A stretch of DNA of 62,842 bases, the filler included. It is 4 parts of 4 records of this genome, joined end to end, with 100 filler letters (N's around TTAATTAATTAA, not from the genome) between each part and the next. Parts side by side here need not be neighbours in the genome. Positions count along the whole stretch, not along the records: positions 27,943 to 42,382 come from SRR2962707_1534; positions 42,483 to 54,741 come from SRR2962707_1536; 2 more parts are not named here. The stretch is one strand, 5' to 3'. The notes under the pieces are model-generated. The model saw nothing but the letters and a program-made list of their open reading frames with translations, searched no databases and was not told the DNA's origin. This document shows, piece by piece, positions 41,215 through 50,841 of the stretch. The position numbers and the translations under genes are program-made. Numbering within the stretch: position 1 is the first letter of the stretch; every line of letters starts with the position of its first letter.

Positions 41215-41907
41215 TTAGTGTAGTTGAGAAAAAAGCGCTTCTGCGATCAATAAATCTTCCGGTAAAGTCACCTTGATATTGCTGCTCTCACCGACCACAA
41301 GATCAGGGTTCCAGCCTACAAACTCCATCGCAGAACATTCATCGGTAATTTCTACCGCGTGCTGACTGGCTTTTTTTAACGCGTCATATAAGGCATCAGC
41401 AGGAAATTTTTGCGGTGTTTGTGCAAGCCAAATATGATTGCGATCCAAGGTACTGTGAACCTTACCAGCGTCCGTTTGACGCTTCACGGTATCGCGCGCA
41501 GGAATGGCTAAAATAGCCCCCTGTGGATGGGTATTTTCTACGATTCGCTCTAATGCTGTCGCGGTTAATAATGGACGAGCAGCATCATGCACCAAGACTG
41601 ACTGACTGCCAACCAGATGTTGCTCATGCAAAAAACGTAAGCCTTTTTGCACCGTATCACTGCGTGTGTCACCGCCCACAAAAGTAGAAACTTGACGGTG
41701 GTTTAACCATTTTGAATCTTGCCAATATTCGTCATCTGCTCCTAAGCCAACAAGAATGCCGGCAATCAGAGGATGATCAATGAAAATTGCGATGGTACGG
41801 TCTAAAATCGTGTCGCCAGCTAACGAAAGGTATTGTTTAGGAAATCCCGCATTCATTCGCTGACCAACGCCAGCGGCAGGAATAATTACCCAAAGAGGTT
41901 GTGTCAT
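41215..41907 (-). CDS. ispD: 2-C-methyl-D-erythritol 4-phosphate cytidylyltransferase
   Basis: PAAGVGQRM...PKQY, VHDAARP, QTPQ, NIKVT.PED. Confidence 0.96.
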   Translation of the reverse strand: MTQPLWVIIPAAGVGQRMNAGFPKQYLSLAGDTILDRTIAIFIDHPLIAGILVGLGADDEYWQDSKWLNHRQVSTFVGGDTRSDTVQKGLRFLHEQHLVGSQSVLVHDAARPLLTATALERIVENTHPQGAILAIPARDTVKRQTDAGKVHSTLDRNHIWLAQTPQKFPADALYDALKKASQHAVEITDECSAMEFVGWNPDLVVGESSNIKVTLPEDLLIAEALFSQLH

Positions 41908-42179
41908 TTTTCTACTATCCGATAAAAAACTTCGCCGTCTTTAATGTATTGAAGCTCGGTTCGAATGTGCTCTTCCACCGCCTCTTCACCTTGACGAAGG
42001 TCGCCCACTTGCGCTCTTAGCGCTTGATTACGATGTTTAAGTCGTTGATTAACGCGTTCTTGATATTCAATTTGCTTGGCCAATTCTTCCTGTCGTTTTA
42101 TGCCCTGCTCACCATAATAAAGGTGGTAACCCTGATAGCAAATCGCACAACCAAACAGAAACAGTATCAATCGCGGCAT
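41904..42179 (-). CDS. ftsB: Cell division protein FtsB
   Basis: TM followed by coiled coil, RNQAL..QV.DL..G.EAVEE..R.EL; lies between eno and ispD. Confidence 0.9.
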   Translation of the reverse strand: MPRLILFLFGCAICYQGYHLYYGEQGIKRQEELAKQIEYQERVNQRLKHRNQALRAQVGDLRQGEEAVEEHIRTELQYIKDGEVFYRIVEK

Positions 42180-42229
42180 AATGCCCTCAGCCTATCTATT
42201 CACAATCCTCTATTATCAAAGGAAATCGA

Positions 42230-42272
42230 ATAAAAAAAAATAAAAAAAGGGAGAACAATGTTCTCCCTTTTT
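42230..42272 (-). terminator. Intrinsic terminator after eno
   Basis: AAAAAGGGAGAACA-A-TGTTCTCCCTTTTT with a long U-run on the minus strand. Confidence 0.85.
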
Positions 42273-42286
42273 CAAATCAGAACAAA

Positions 42287-42382
42287 TTATGCCTGACCTT
42301 TGATCTCAGAAAGACCCTTGTATGGGGCTTTTCCACCTAACTGCTCTTCAATACGAAGCAATTGGTTGTACTTAGCAACACG
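42287..42382 (-). CDS. eno: Enolase, C-terminal 31 aa (truncated by contig end; absent from the ORF track)
   Basis: Reads [31 protein letters not shown]. Confidence 0.95.
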   Translation of the reverse strand, partial: RVAKYNQLLRIEEQLGGKAPYKGLSEIKGQA

Positions 42383-42482
42383 NNNNNNNNNNNNNNNNNN
42401 NNNNNNNNNNNNNNNNNNNNNNNNNNTTAATTAATTAANNNNNNNNNNNNNNNNNNNNNNNNNNNNNNNNNNNNNNNNNNNN
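42383..42482. other. Artificial contig spacer 2
   Basis: N44-TTAATTAATTAA-N44. Confidence 0.99.
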
Positions 42483-45400
42483 GCCGCCATCATAACCAGA
42501 AATGGTGATGTGGTCAGCGCGTGCTTTAGCAACGCCCGCAGCAACCGTGCCAACGCCCACTTCCGACACCAATTTGACCGAGATGTCAGCCACTGGATTG
42601 ACGTTTTTCAAGTCGTAGATCAGCTGAGCCAAATCTTCGATTGAATAAATATCATGGTGCGGCGGCGGCGAAATTAGGCCAACGCCCTGCGTTGAATAAC
42701 GGGTTTTAGCAATCGTCGCGTCAACCTTATGGCCGGGCAGCTGACCGCCCTCGCCAGGTTTCGCACCTTGCGCAACTTTAATTTGGATCATATCCGCGTT
42801 GACGAGATATTCAGTTGTCACACCGAAACGACCAGACGCAACCTGCTTGATGGCAGAGCGTTCAGGGTTGGCTTTGCCATCTGGCATTGGCATGAAACGG
42901 TCAGGCTCTTCGCCGCCCTCACCGGTGTTTGATTTACCGCCAATGCGGTTCATCGCACGCGCCAATGTTGTGTGCGCTTCGCGTGAAATAGAGCCAAAGC
43001 TCATCGCACCCGTTGAGAACCGTTTTACGATATCTGCAGCGCTTTCAACTTCGTCAATTGAGATAGCGGTATCTGCTTTCTTGATCGAGAACAGGCCGCG
43101 AATGGTTTTGGCCAAAGTGGCCTCATAGTTCATCTCACGCGAGAATTCTTTAAATGTCGCGTAAGAACCAGAGCGCACACCATGCTGCAAATGAGCGACC
43201 GCATCGGGTGTCCAAGCATGATCTTCACCGCGCATGCGGTAAGCATATTCGCCGCCAACTTCCAATGAACTGCGCAGAACTGGATCGCTCGAAAACGCTT
43301 TGCTGTGACGACGCACTGTTTCTTCAGCAATCTCAGCAAGACCCGCACCTTCAATGCTTGTCGCTGTGCCAAAGAAGAATTCGTTGACGAACTCAGTGTT
43401 GAGGCCAACCGCATCAAAAATCTGCGCGCCGCAATAGGATTGATAAGTTGAAATGCCCATTTTGGACATGACTTTCAAAATGCCTTTGCCGATTGATTTG
43501 ATATAGCGGGAAACGATTTCCTGCTTATCAACTTCCGGTGGGAACTGACCTTTTGAGTGCATATCCAGCAATGTATCAAACGCCAAATATGGGTTGATCG
43601 CTTCTGCGCCATAACCGGCCAAACAGCAGAAATGGTGCACTTCGCGCGGTTCGCCCGTCTCAATCACAAGACCAACAGATGTGCGAAGACCCTTACGGAT
43701 CAAATGGTGATGCACGGATGCCGTCGCCAAAAGCGCAGGAATGGCAATCCGGTCCGGACCAATTTTGCGGTCTGAAAGAACGATAATATTGTAATCGCCA
43801 AGAACCGCTTTTTCCGCCCGCTCACACAATGTGTTGAGCGCAGCGCGCATGCCTGCAGCGCCTTCCTCGGCCCTGTAGGTATAATCAAGCGTTTTGGTAT
43901 CAAACAAATCTTCAGTGTGGCCGATTGAGCGAATTTTTTCCAAATCACCATTGGTCAAAATCGGTTGGCGCACTTCCAGACGTTTTTGTTTTGATGTGCC
44001 AGTTAGGTCCAAAATATTTGGACGCGGCCCAATAAACGAAACAAGGCTCATGACCAATTCTTCACGAATTGGATCAATCGGCGGGTTTGTCACCTGCGCA
44101 AACAATTGTTTGAAATAAGTATAGAGCAATTTCGATTTATCGCTGAGCGCGGAAATCGGTGTATCTGTACCCATTGAGCCGATAGCTTCTTGGCCTGTTG
44201 TCGCCATTGGCGACATCAACAGTTTTGTATCCTCCTGCGTATAACCAAAGGCCTGCTGGCGGTCGAGCAACGACACATCATCGCGCGGCGCGCGCGGTTC
44301 AACAGCGCGCAGCTCTTCGAGAATCAGCTGTGTATCTTCAAGCCATTTCTCATAAGGATTGGCTGTCGCAATCTGCTCTTTAATTTCCGCATCAGAAATT
44401 ATTTTGCCCAATTCCATGTCGATGAGCAGCATTTTGCCGGGCTGAAGACGCCATTTGGTGACGATTTCTTCTTCCGGCACTTCAATAACGCCAGCTTCTG
44501 ACGCCATGATAATGCGGTCATCTTTCGTTACGATATAACGCGCTGGACGCAGACCGTTACGGTCTAGCGTTGCGCCGATCTGGCGACCATCGGTAAAGGC
44601 AACCGCGGCAGGGCCATCCCATGGCTCCATCAATGCAGCATGATATTCATAAAATGCTTTGCGATGCGCATCCATCATGCCGTTGCCAGACCAAGCTTCT
44701 GGGATCAACATCATGACAGCATGGGCGAGCGAGTAACCGCCTTCAAACAAGAATTCTAAAGCATTGTCGAAGCAAGCCGTATCAGACTGACCTTCATAAG
44801 AAATCGGCCACAATTTTGAAATATCATCGCCAAATAGTTTCGATGAAACAGAAGCCTGACGCGCAGCCATCCAGTTCACATTGCCGCGCAATGTATTGAT
44901 CTCACCATTATGCGCAACCATGCGATAAGGGTGCGCCAATTTCCAGCTTGGGAATGTGTTTGTAGAGAAACGCTGGTGAATAAGCGCCACGGCGCTCACA
45001 AAACGCGGATCTTTCAAATCTGTGTAATAAGCGCCAACCTGATAGGCTTGGAACATACCTTTATAAACGATCGTGCGCGAAGACATGGAAACGATATAGA
45101 AACCGTTATCGCGGCCATGCGTCTCATCATAAACGCGGTTAGAAATCACTTTGCGTAGAATGAACAAGCGGCGCTCGAATGTCTCTTCGTCTTGACCCTC
45201 AGGGCGCGCGAAGAAAACCTGTACATGATAAGGCTCGCTGGCTGCAATTTCCGGTGCTTTAGACAAAGACGAATTATCAACAGGCACATCACGCACATGG
45301 ATAAGGTCAATACCTTCAGCGATGGCTGCTTCACTGATAATTTCATGGCAATTGTCACGTAATTCAGCATCCTGCGGCATAAAAATATGCGCTACCGCAT

Positions 45401-45755
45401 AGTGCTCCGGCAGCATCACATCGTCTTCCGCTAATATTTCGCGGAAAAATGCATCAGGAATTTGTATCAACATACCAGCGCCATCACCCATCAACGGGTC
45501 TGCGCCAACAGCACCGCGGTGCTCAAGGTTTTCCAGCATCGCCAAACCATCTTTAACGATGGAATGTGATTTCTCACCCTTCATATGGGCGATAAAGCCA
45601 ACACCGCAGGCATCATGCTCATTACGCGGGTTATACATGCCTTGGGCAGCCGGAAAGCCAGCGTTTACCGTGTCTTTCTTTGTCGTCTTTGCCGTAGTTT
45701 TACCCGCATGAGCATTGTGCTGCATTGCAATATTAGATGGCGTCAATTTCGTCAT
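42483..45755 (-). CDS. gltB: Glutamate synthase large subunit (3' truncated by contig end)
   Basis: EHDACGVGF, HQRFSTNTFP, AHNGEINT, GAMSFGSIS, QGAKPGEGGQLPG. ATG 45755 has GGAGGT upstream. Confidence 0.98.
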
Positions 45756-46153
45756 CACAGACCTCCGGCTTTCACAAACGGCACTTTTAGCACCAAACAA
45801 CGACACGCAATCCTATAATTGTAACCCCAAGCCGCTGAGACATTCAGTCTTTGCGACAATTCGGCATTGTACTTATCCGTCACCGCAAAACCGGCAGCGC
45901 GATCAGTCAATCGCCGTGTTGGAGTTTCGAGCCTAATTTTAGGCAGATAAAACGCAGTTCAACCAAGCGAACCACGTCAAAACCAATAATAGGACAGCAA
46001 TACTGCCATAATTTATGGCAGACTTCGATAAGATTCACAAGATCGGGCTATAAAAATAAAGACCACATCTATCCCTTTGGGGATATTTATTTTTGAAATA
46101 ATACATTTTTCGGCGCATGAAGGCACCACCGCAATAACAAATAGGACAATGGA

Positions 46154-47203
46154 ATGTTTTTCGCTTCTGACAATTGGTCTGGTGCTCACCCCAAAATAGG
46201 AGAAGCGCTGCTGAAACACAGCACAGGTTATGCACAAGCCTATGGCGGCAGCGACCTTGATCGCAAAGTCGCTGGACAATTCAATGAACTGTTTGAGCGC
46301 GATGTCGCCGTTCACTTTGTTTCAACAGGCACGGCAGCAAACTCCTTGGCATTGGCCGCCTATAACAAACCAGGCGCGATCTGCTTCAGTCACCGCGAAT
46401 CCCATATTCGCGAAGATGAATGCGGCGCACCGGAATTTATTGCGCCCGGCGCTCGTCAACGTATCGTCGATGGCGCAAATGGCAAAATCGACCCTCAAAA
46501 TCTAATCCACGAAATCGAATATGTGAAAAATTTTGGCGTATCGGGCGGCACACCAGCCTTGGTATCAATCACGCAGTGCACTGAACAAGGAACGGCCTAT
46601 AGTTTGGCCGAAATTGCAGCAATCAGCGAAATCGCCAAAACCTATGATTTGCCTTTGCATCTTGATGGTGCGCGTTTTGCAAACGCTATTGCAGCGCTCG
46701 GCTGCACACCTGCCGAAATGACTTGGGAGCTTGGCGTTGATGCAGTTTCATTTGGCGGCACAAAAAATGGTTGTTGGTGCGCTGAAGCGCTCATCTTTAT
46801 GAACCGTGACCACGCAAAAGCGATGCCTTATCTGCAGAAGCGCTCGGCACAAGTGTTTTCAAAATCCCGTTTCGTGGCGGCGCAATTTGAAGCCTATTTA
46901 GATGATGGCCTCTGGCTAGAATTGAGCGCTCACGCAAATAATATGGCAACCAGCCTCGGAAATGCATTTCGCAACAGCAACCAAGCGCGCCTAGCTTGGA
47001 TGCCGCAGGCCAACGAAGTGTTTGCCATTATGAACAAGCGAAAAGCCGACGAGATGCGCGATGCGGGCGCAAAGTTTTATGATTGGCCAACGCCTTTTGG
47101 TTTTGAAGGCACCGTCGAAAAAGATGAAACAATCGTCCGGCTGGTCACAAGTTACTTAACCGAAGAAAAAGACGTCGTGGCGTTTGAGGCCTTGCTATCA
47201 TAA
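46154..47203 (+). CDS. ltaE: Low-specificity L-threonine aldolase
   Basis: FASDN, YGG.D, TGTAANSL, HLDGARFANA, SFGGTKNG. Confidence 0.93.
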   Translation: MFFASDNWSGAHPKIGEALLKHSTGYAQAYGGSDLDRKVAGQFNELFERDVAVHFVSTGTAANSLALAAYNKPGAICFSHRESHIREDECGAPEFIAPGARQRIVDGANGKIDPQNLIHEIEYVKNFGVSGGTPALVSITQCTEQGTAYSLAEIAAISEIAKTYDLPLHLDGARFANAIAALGCTPAEMTWELGVDAVSFGGTKNGCWCAEALIFMNRDHAKAMPYLQKRSAQVFSKSRFVAAQFEAYLDDGLWLELSAHANNMATSLGNAFRNSNQARLAWMPQANEVFAIMNKRKADEMRDAGAKFYDWPTPFGFEGTVEKDETIVRLVTSYLTEEKDVVAFEALLS

Positions 47204-47360
47204 AAATAAAGCGACGAAACCGGCTCACAGTTCTGTGAGCCGACCGTGCGAAATACTCGCATACGGTTGTTTTCCCAGTGAATAGAAAAATTGCGAGTGT
47301 GGTTTTGTCGAAGCAATCGCATCGGCACAAATACACACACTCACTTCTAGGGAGACTTCC

Positions 47361-47675
47361 ATGTCTAAAGCAGTAAAATCAACGCTATCAGCAGCCGTAT
47401 TGGCTTCAGCTGTTGCAACCGCGCTTGCTGGCGCAACACTTTCAATCAATGACGCGCATGCAGCTGAACAAGAAAAATGTTTCGGTGTCGCACTTGCTGG
47501 CCAAAATGATTGCCAAGCAGGTCCTGGCACAACATGCAAAGGCACATCAACAATCGACTTCCAAGGCAATGCTTGGAAACTTGTCGACGCTGGCACATGC
47601 ACCACAATGATGGGCGGCGATATGAAAGACAAAGCTGGTTCATTGGAACCACTCATGCGCGACCTTCCAGCATAA
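47361..47675 (+). CDS. bufA: Bufferin-type RiPP precursor (BufA1/DUF2282 family)
   Basis: Sec signal peptide ending AHA, then [14 protein letters not shown]-x7-C...AWKLV..GTC (4 Cys). GGAG RBS. Confidence 0.9.
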   Translation: MSKAVKSTLSAAVLASAVATALAGATLSINDAHAAEQEKCFGVALAGQNDCQAGPGTTCKGTSTIDFQGNAWKLVDAGTCTTMMGGDMKDKAGSLEPLMRDLPA

Positions 47676-47717
47676 TTTTACGTAACTAAAAGAATAGCTG
47701 CAAACTGGAGGTCGCCC

Positions 47718-48677
47718 ATGACACACCATCCCCTCAATGGTCATAGCGCAACAACATCGCCCTCAAAATTCGATGTTGGGCCTCGGTTTGCAACCCAAAA
47801 TCTGGCACCGGCAAGCGCCGGTGTCGGCTTCAAACATGATCACATTGACGCGATTATTGAGAACCACGGCGATGTGCGCTTTTTAGAAGTACATGCCGAA
47901 AATTATATGGGCGATGGCGGATACCCGCACCGCGCGCTGGACCGCATGCGCCGCGAATTTCCGATCTCAATTCACGGTGTCTGCATGTCAATCGGCGGCC
48001 CCAAACCGCTAAGCGCCGACCATTTGAGCCGCTTTAAGAAGCTTGTTGATCGCTACGAACCAGCGATGGTTTCCGAGCATTTAGCTTGGTCTACGCACGA
48101 TGACATCTATTTAAACGATCTTCTTCCATTGCCTTACACAAATGAAACGCTCAGCCACGTCAGCGATCATGTAAATCAAATGCAGGACACGATTGGCCGG
48201 AAGATATTTCTCGAAAATCCAGCGACCTATGTTCTGTTTGAAAATGCGACGATGAGCGAAACAGACTTCTTAAAAGAAGTTGTAACAAAGACGGGTTGCG
48301 GCCTGCTGCTTGATATAAATAATGTCTTTGTGTCAGCGACTAACCATCAGTTTTCAGCGCTTGAATATTTAGATGCCTTTCCGCTTGAACATGTCGGCGA
48401 AATTCATTTGGCTGGGCATACAGAACAAACCGATGATGAAGGAGAACGCCTCCTTATCGATAGCCATGACCGCCCAGTCTCAGATCCAGTTTGGCAACTT
48501 TATGAAGATGTAATCGAAACTGTCGGCTGCATACCAACCCTTGTGGAATGGGATTCAGAATTGCCCGAATGGAACGTACTTAAATCAGAAGCTGCCAGCG
48601 CCCATAAAATTTTAATGCGGACACAGCGTATGCACGACTTGGGCACTTTGGGCTCACGCCATGCAGCATCGGTGTAA
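47718..48677 (+). CDS. bufB: Multinuclear non-heme iron oxidative enzyme (MNIO, DUF692), bufferin maturase
   Basis: EVHAENYM, HGVCMSIG, SEHLAW, LENP, LLLDINNVFVS, EIHLAGH, IDSHD, VEWD. Confidence 0.95.
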   Translation: MTHHPLNGHSATTSPSKFDVGPRFATQNLAPASAGVGFKHDHIDAIIENHGDVRFLEVHAENYMGDGGYPHRALDRMRREFPISIHGVCMSIGGPKPLSADHLSRFKKLVDRYEPAMVSEHLAWSTHDDIYLNDLLPLPYTNETLSHVSDHVNQMQDTIGRKIFLENPATYVLFENATMSETDFLKEVVTKTGCGLLLDINNVFVSATNHQFSALEYLDAFPLEHVGEIHLAGHTEQTDDEGERLLIDSHDRPVSDPVWQLYEDVIETVGCIPTLVEWDSELPEWNVLKSEAASAHKILMRTQRMHDLGTLGSRHAASV

Positions 48678-49461
48678 TGCGATGAATGACAACATTCACA
48701 ACACGGCCAATTTTGCCGCGGGTCTATTAAATCCAAGAGTATCGACACCCAACACGGTGATTGGTCCACATGGAAAAGCGGCCAACACCCGTTATAATGT
48801 CTATCGAAACAATGTGACCGTCAGCTTGATTGAATCACTAGCTGATATTTTCCCTGCAGTGCAAAGCATTATAGGCGAGGACAATTTCCAAATTTTGGCG
48901 CGCGACTTTGTGCGTGCTCATCCGCCAAGTTCGCCGCTGCTGTTTCAATATGGGCAAGAATTTGCGACTTTCATTGAAACGTTTGAACCGGCAAAAGCAG
49001 TGCCCTTCTTGGCAGACATTGCCCGTATGGAACGTGGCTGGCTCGCAGCCTATCATGCCGCTGATATTGCGCCGCTTGATGGCGCAAAACTGGGTCAGAT
49101 TGCGCCAGAGAAATTGGCCGAGGTTCAGTTTAAAGCCCATCCAGCGACTTTTATTTTAAGCTCAAATTTCCCCATCCACGATATCTTCTTGATGAATCGC
49201 GGCTTTGCAGAATTATCGCGTGTCGACATGGAAAATCCGCAGGCAGTTATGTTCACGCGGCCCGAAACAGACATTCGGGTTATCAATCTCGATGAAGGCC
49301 AATTTGCCTTCATGAGCGCTATTCTTGACTGGCAAACACTGGGCGAAGCTGCCGTATTAGCGATGCAAACTGCCGCCGGATTTGATCTTAATAGCGCGCT
49401 GCAAATGTTGCTTCGCACAGGCGCAACAATCGATATTACGTTAGAAAATGGGGTGGTATGA
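48661..49461 (+). CDS. bufC: MNIO partner protein (DUF2063, HvfC/BufC family)
   Basis: RYNVYRNNVTVSLIESL...FP, HPPSSPLLFQYG..F, DIARME....AYHAAD. Start could be 48682. Confidence 0.9.
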   Translation: MQHRCNAMNDNIHNTANFAAGLLNPRVSTPNTVIGPHGKAANTRYNVYRNNVTVSLIESLADIFPAVQSIIGEDNFQILARDFVRAHPPSSPLLFQYGQEFATFIETFEPAKAVPFLADIARMERGWLAAYHAADIAPLDGAKLGQIAPEKLAEVQFKAHPATFILSSNFPIHDIFLMNRGFAELSRVDMENPQAVMFTRPETDIRVINLDEGQFAFMSAILDWQTLGEAAVLAMQTAAGFDLNSALQMLLRTGATIDITLENGVV

Positions 49462-49462
49462 A

Positions 49463-50032
49463 ATGCCAGAAATAATCACAAGGCTAGTTAGCCTTCACAA
49501 TCGCTTTTTTGATGGCCTGATGCGCATCACCGAAGGCTGGTTCACCGGCTTTGCGGCGCGTTTTGCCTTCACTAGCGTCCTGTTTCTTTATTATATGAAT
49601 TCCGCAATTGGAAAGCTTGGCGATGGAATCTTCGGCTTCCTTCACCCCAATGTCGGTGCCTATGTCTCTATTTTGCCGCCGATAATGGACCAATATAATT
49701 ATGATGTTTCAGCGATTCCGATTTTCCCATGGCACATCATTGTTTATGCCGGCACTTGGACAGAAATATTGCTGCCAGTTTTGATTTTGATCGGGCTTTT
49801 TTCTCGCCTCGCCGCCATTGCGATGATCGGCTTTATCGTAGTGCAAACCTATGTCGATATCGCATTCTTGGGACTTGAAGGAAAATATATCGGTGCGATG
49901 TTTGATCGCTTCCAAGACGCTGTCGTATGGGATCAACGCTTCCTGTGGTGCTTTCTTCTCGTGATTATAATTATTCATGGACCCGGAAAACTGTCCCTCG
50001 ATCATATTCTCGCCAAGCGCGTTTCCAAATAA
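49463..50032 (+). CDS. DoxX family membrane protein (BufD-like)
   Basis: GTWTEILLPVLILIGLFSRLAA, GPGKLSLD; last gene of the cluster. Confidence 0.88.
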   Translation: MPEIITRLVSLHNRFFDGLMRITEGWFTGFAARFAFTSVLFLYYMNSAIGKLGDGIFGFLHPNVGAYVSILPPIMDQYNYDVSAIPIFPWHIIVYAGTWTEILLPVLILIGLFSRLAAIAMIGFIVVQTYVDIAFLGLEGKYIGAMFDRFQDAVVWDQRFLWCFLLVIIIIHGPGKLSLDHILAKRVSK

Positions 50033-50034
50033 GC

Positions 50035-50064
50035 AAAAAAAGCCGCCGATAAAATCGGCGGCTT
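50035..50064. terminator. Terminator between the bufferin operon and ibpA
   Basis: AAAAAAAGCCGCCGAT-AAA-ATCGGCGGCTT, with the U-run on the minus (ibpA) strand. Confidence 0.8.
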
Positions 50065-50087
50065 CGTCATACTGGAGGTACGAAAGA

Positions 50088-50558
50088 TTAGTTTTTAGCT
50101 TTTGCTTCGATGCGCTTTGCGTTGTTCGCATCCGCTTTTACTATTTCAATCCGGCGCGGTTTCATTGCTTCTGGCACTTCGCGCACCAAATCAATAAACA
50201 GCAAGCCGTTACGCAGCTGTGCATTTTTCACTTCGACGTGATCTGCTATTTGGAAACGGCGTTCAAAAGCACGCGATGCAATACCGCGGTGCAAAATCTC
50301 ACGTTTATCATCATCAGCTTCCGGCGTTTGTGCGCCAGCAACGGTTAGCACATTTGGGCGCGCTTCAATTGTGATATCATCTTCCGAAAATCCAGCAACC
50401 GCCATGGTGATGCGGTAAGAATTCTCATCGGTACGTTCAATATTATAAGGTGGATAGGTTTGGCCATTCTCAGGCTGCGCATGCGTATCGAGCATTGAGA
50501 AAAGGCGGTCAAAACCAACGGTTGAACGGTGTAGGGGTGTAAAATCTAAGTGACGCAT
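50088..50558 (-). CDS. ibpA: Small heat shock protein Hsp20
   Basis: STVGFDRLF, YPPYNIE, AVAGF, LHRGIA.RAFER.F, NGLL.IDL. Confidence 0.95.
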   Translation of the reverse strand: MRHLDFTPLHRSTVGFDRLFSMLDTHAQPENGQTYPPYNIERTDENSYRITMAVAGFSEDDITIEARPNVLTVAGAQTPEADDDKREILHRGIASRAFERRFQIADHVEVKNAQLRNGLLFIDLVREVPEAMKPRRIEIVKADANNAKRIEAKAKN

Positions 50559-50661
50559 AAGGTGTCCTCCTTTGAGCGACTATTCGTTACTATTTGGCGC
50601 AAACACCCATTATTGGCGCATTTGCTACCGGTTCGTAGACCCATGATTGGCGCCTACCGCC
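50559..50661 (-). ncRNA. ROSE-like RNA thermometer in the ibpA 5' UTR
   Basis: Final hairpin GUCGCU-CAAAGG-AGGAC pairs the UCGCU motif with the SD; two upstream GCGCCAAU-containing hairpins. Confidence 0.75.
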
Positions 50662-50662
50662 A

Positions 50663-50693
50663 TAAATTGGTGATACTCAAAATTACTTTCAAG
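50663..50693 (-). promoter_or_regulatory. RpoH (sigma32) promoter of ibpA
   Basis: Minus strand CTTGAA-AGTAATTTTGAGTATCA-CCAATTTA. Confidence 0.7.
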
Positions 50694-50841
50694 AGCCTCG
50701 CTACAAGATTTTTTGTCCATGAACTGAATATGAACAAACTCTTCCGAATGCGTTCAGTTGCATTTTGGCATTGTGAGTTCATCGCAAGAGCCATCCACCT
50801 TCAGCCCCCGAAAATCGGCTAGCGAAACAAGGAGAAGAAAG

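Noticed and set aside
35402-42382. eno-ftsB-ispD-ispF-truD-surE-pcm-DUF368-nlpD-rpoS block
   Set aside because: Canonical gammaproteobacterial gene order; nothing unexplained
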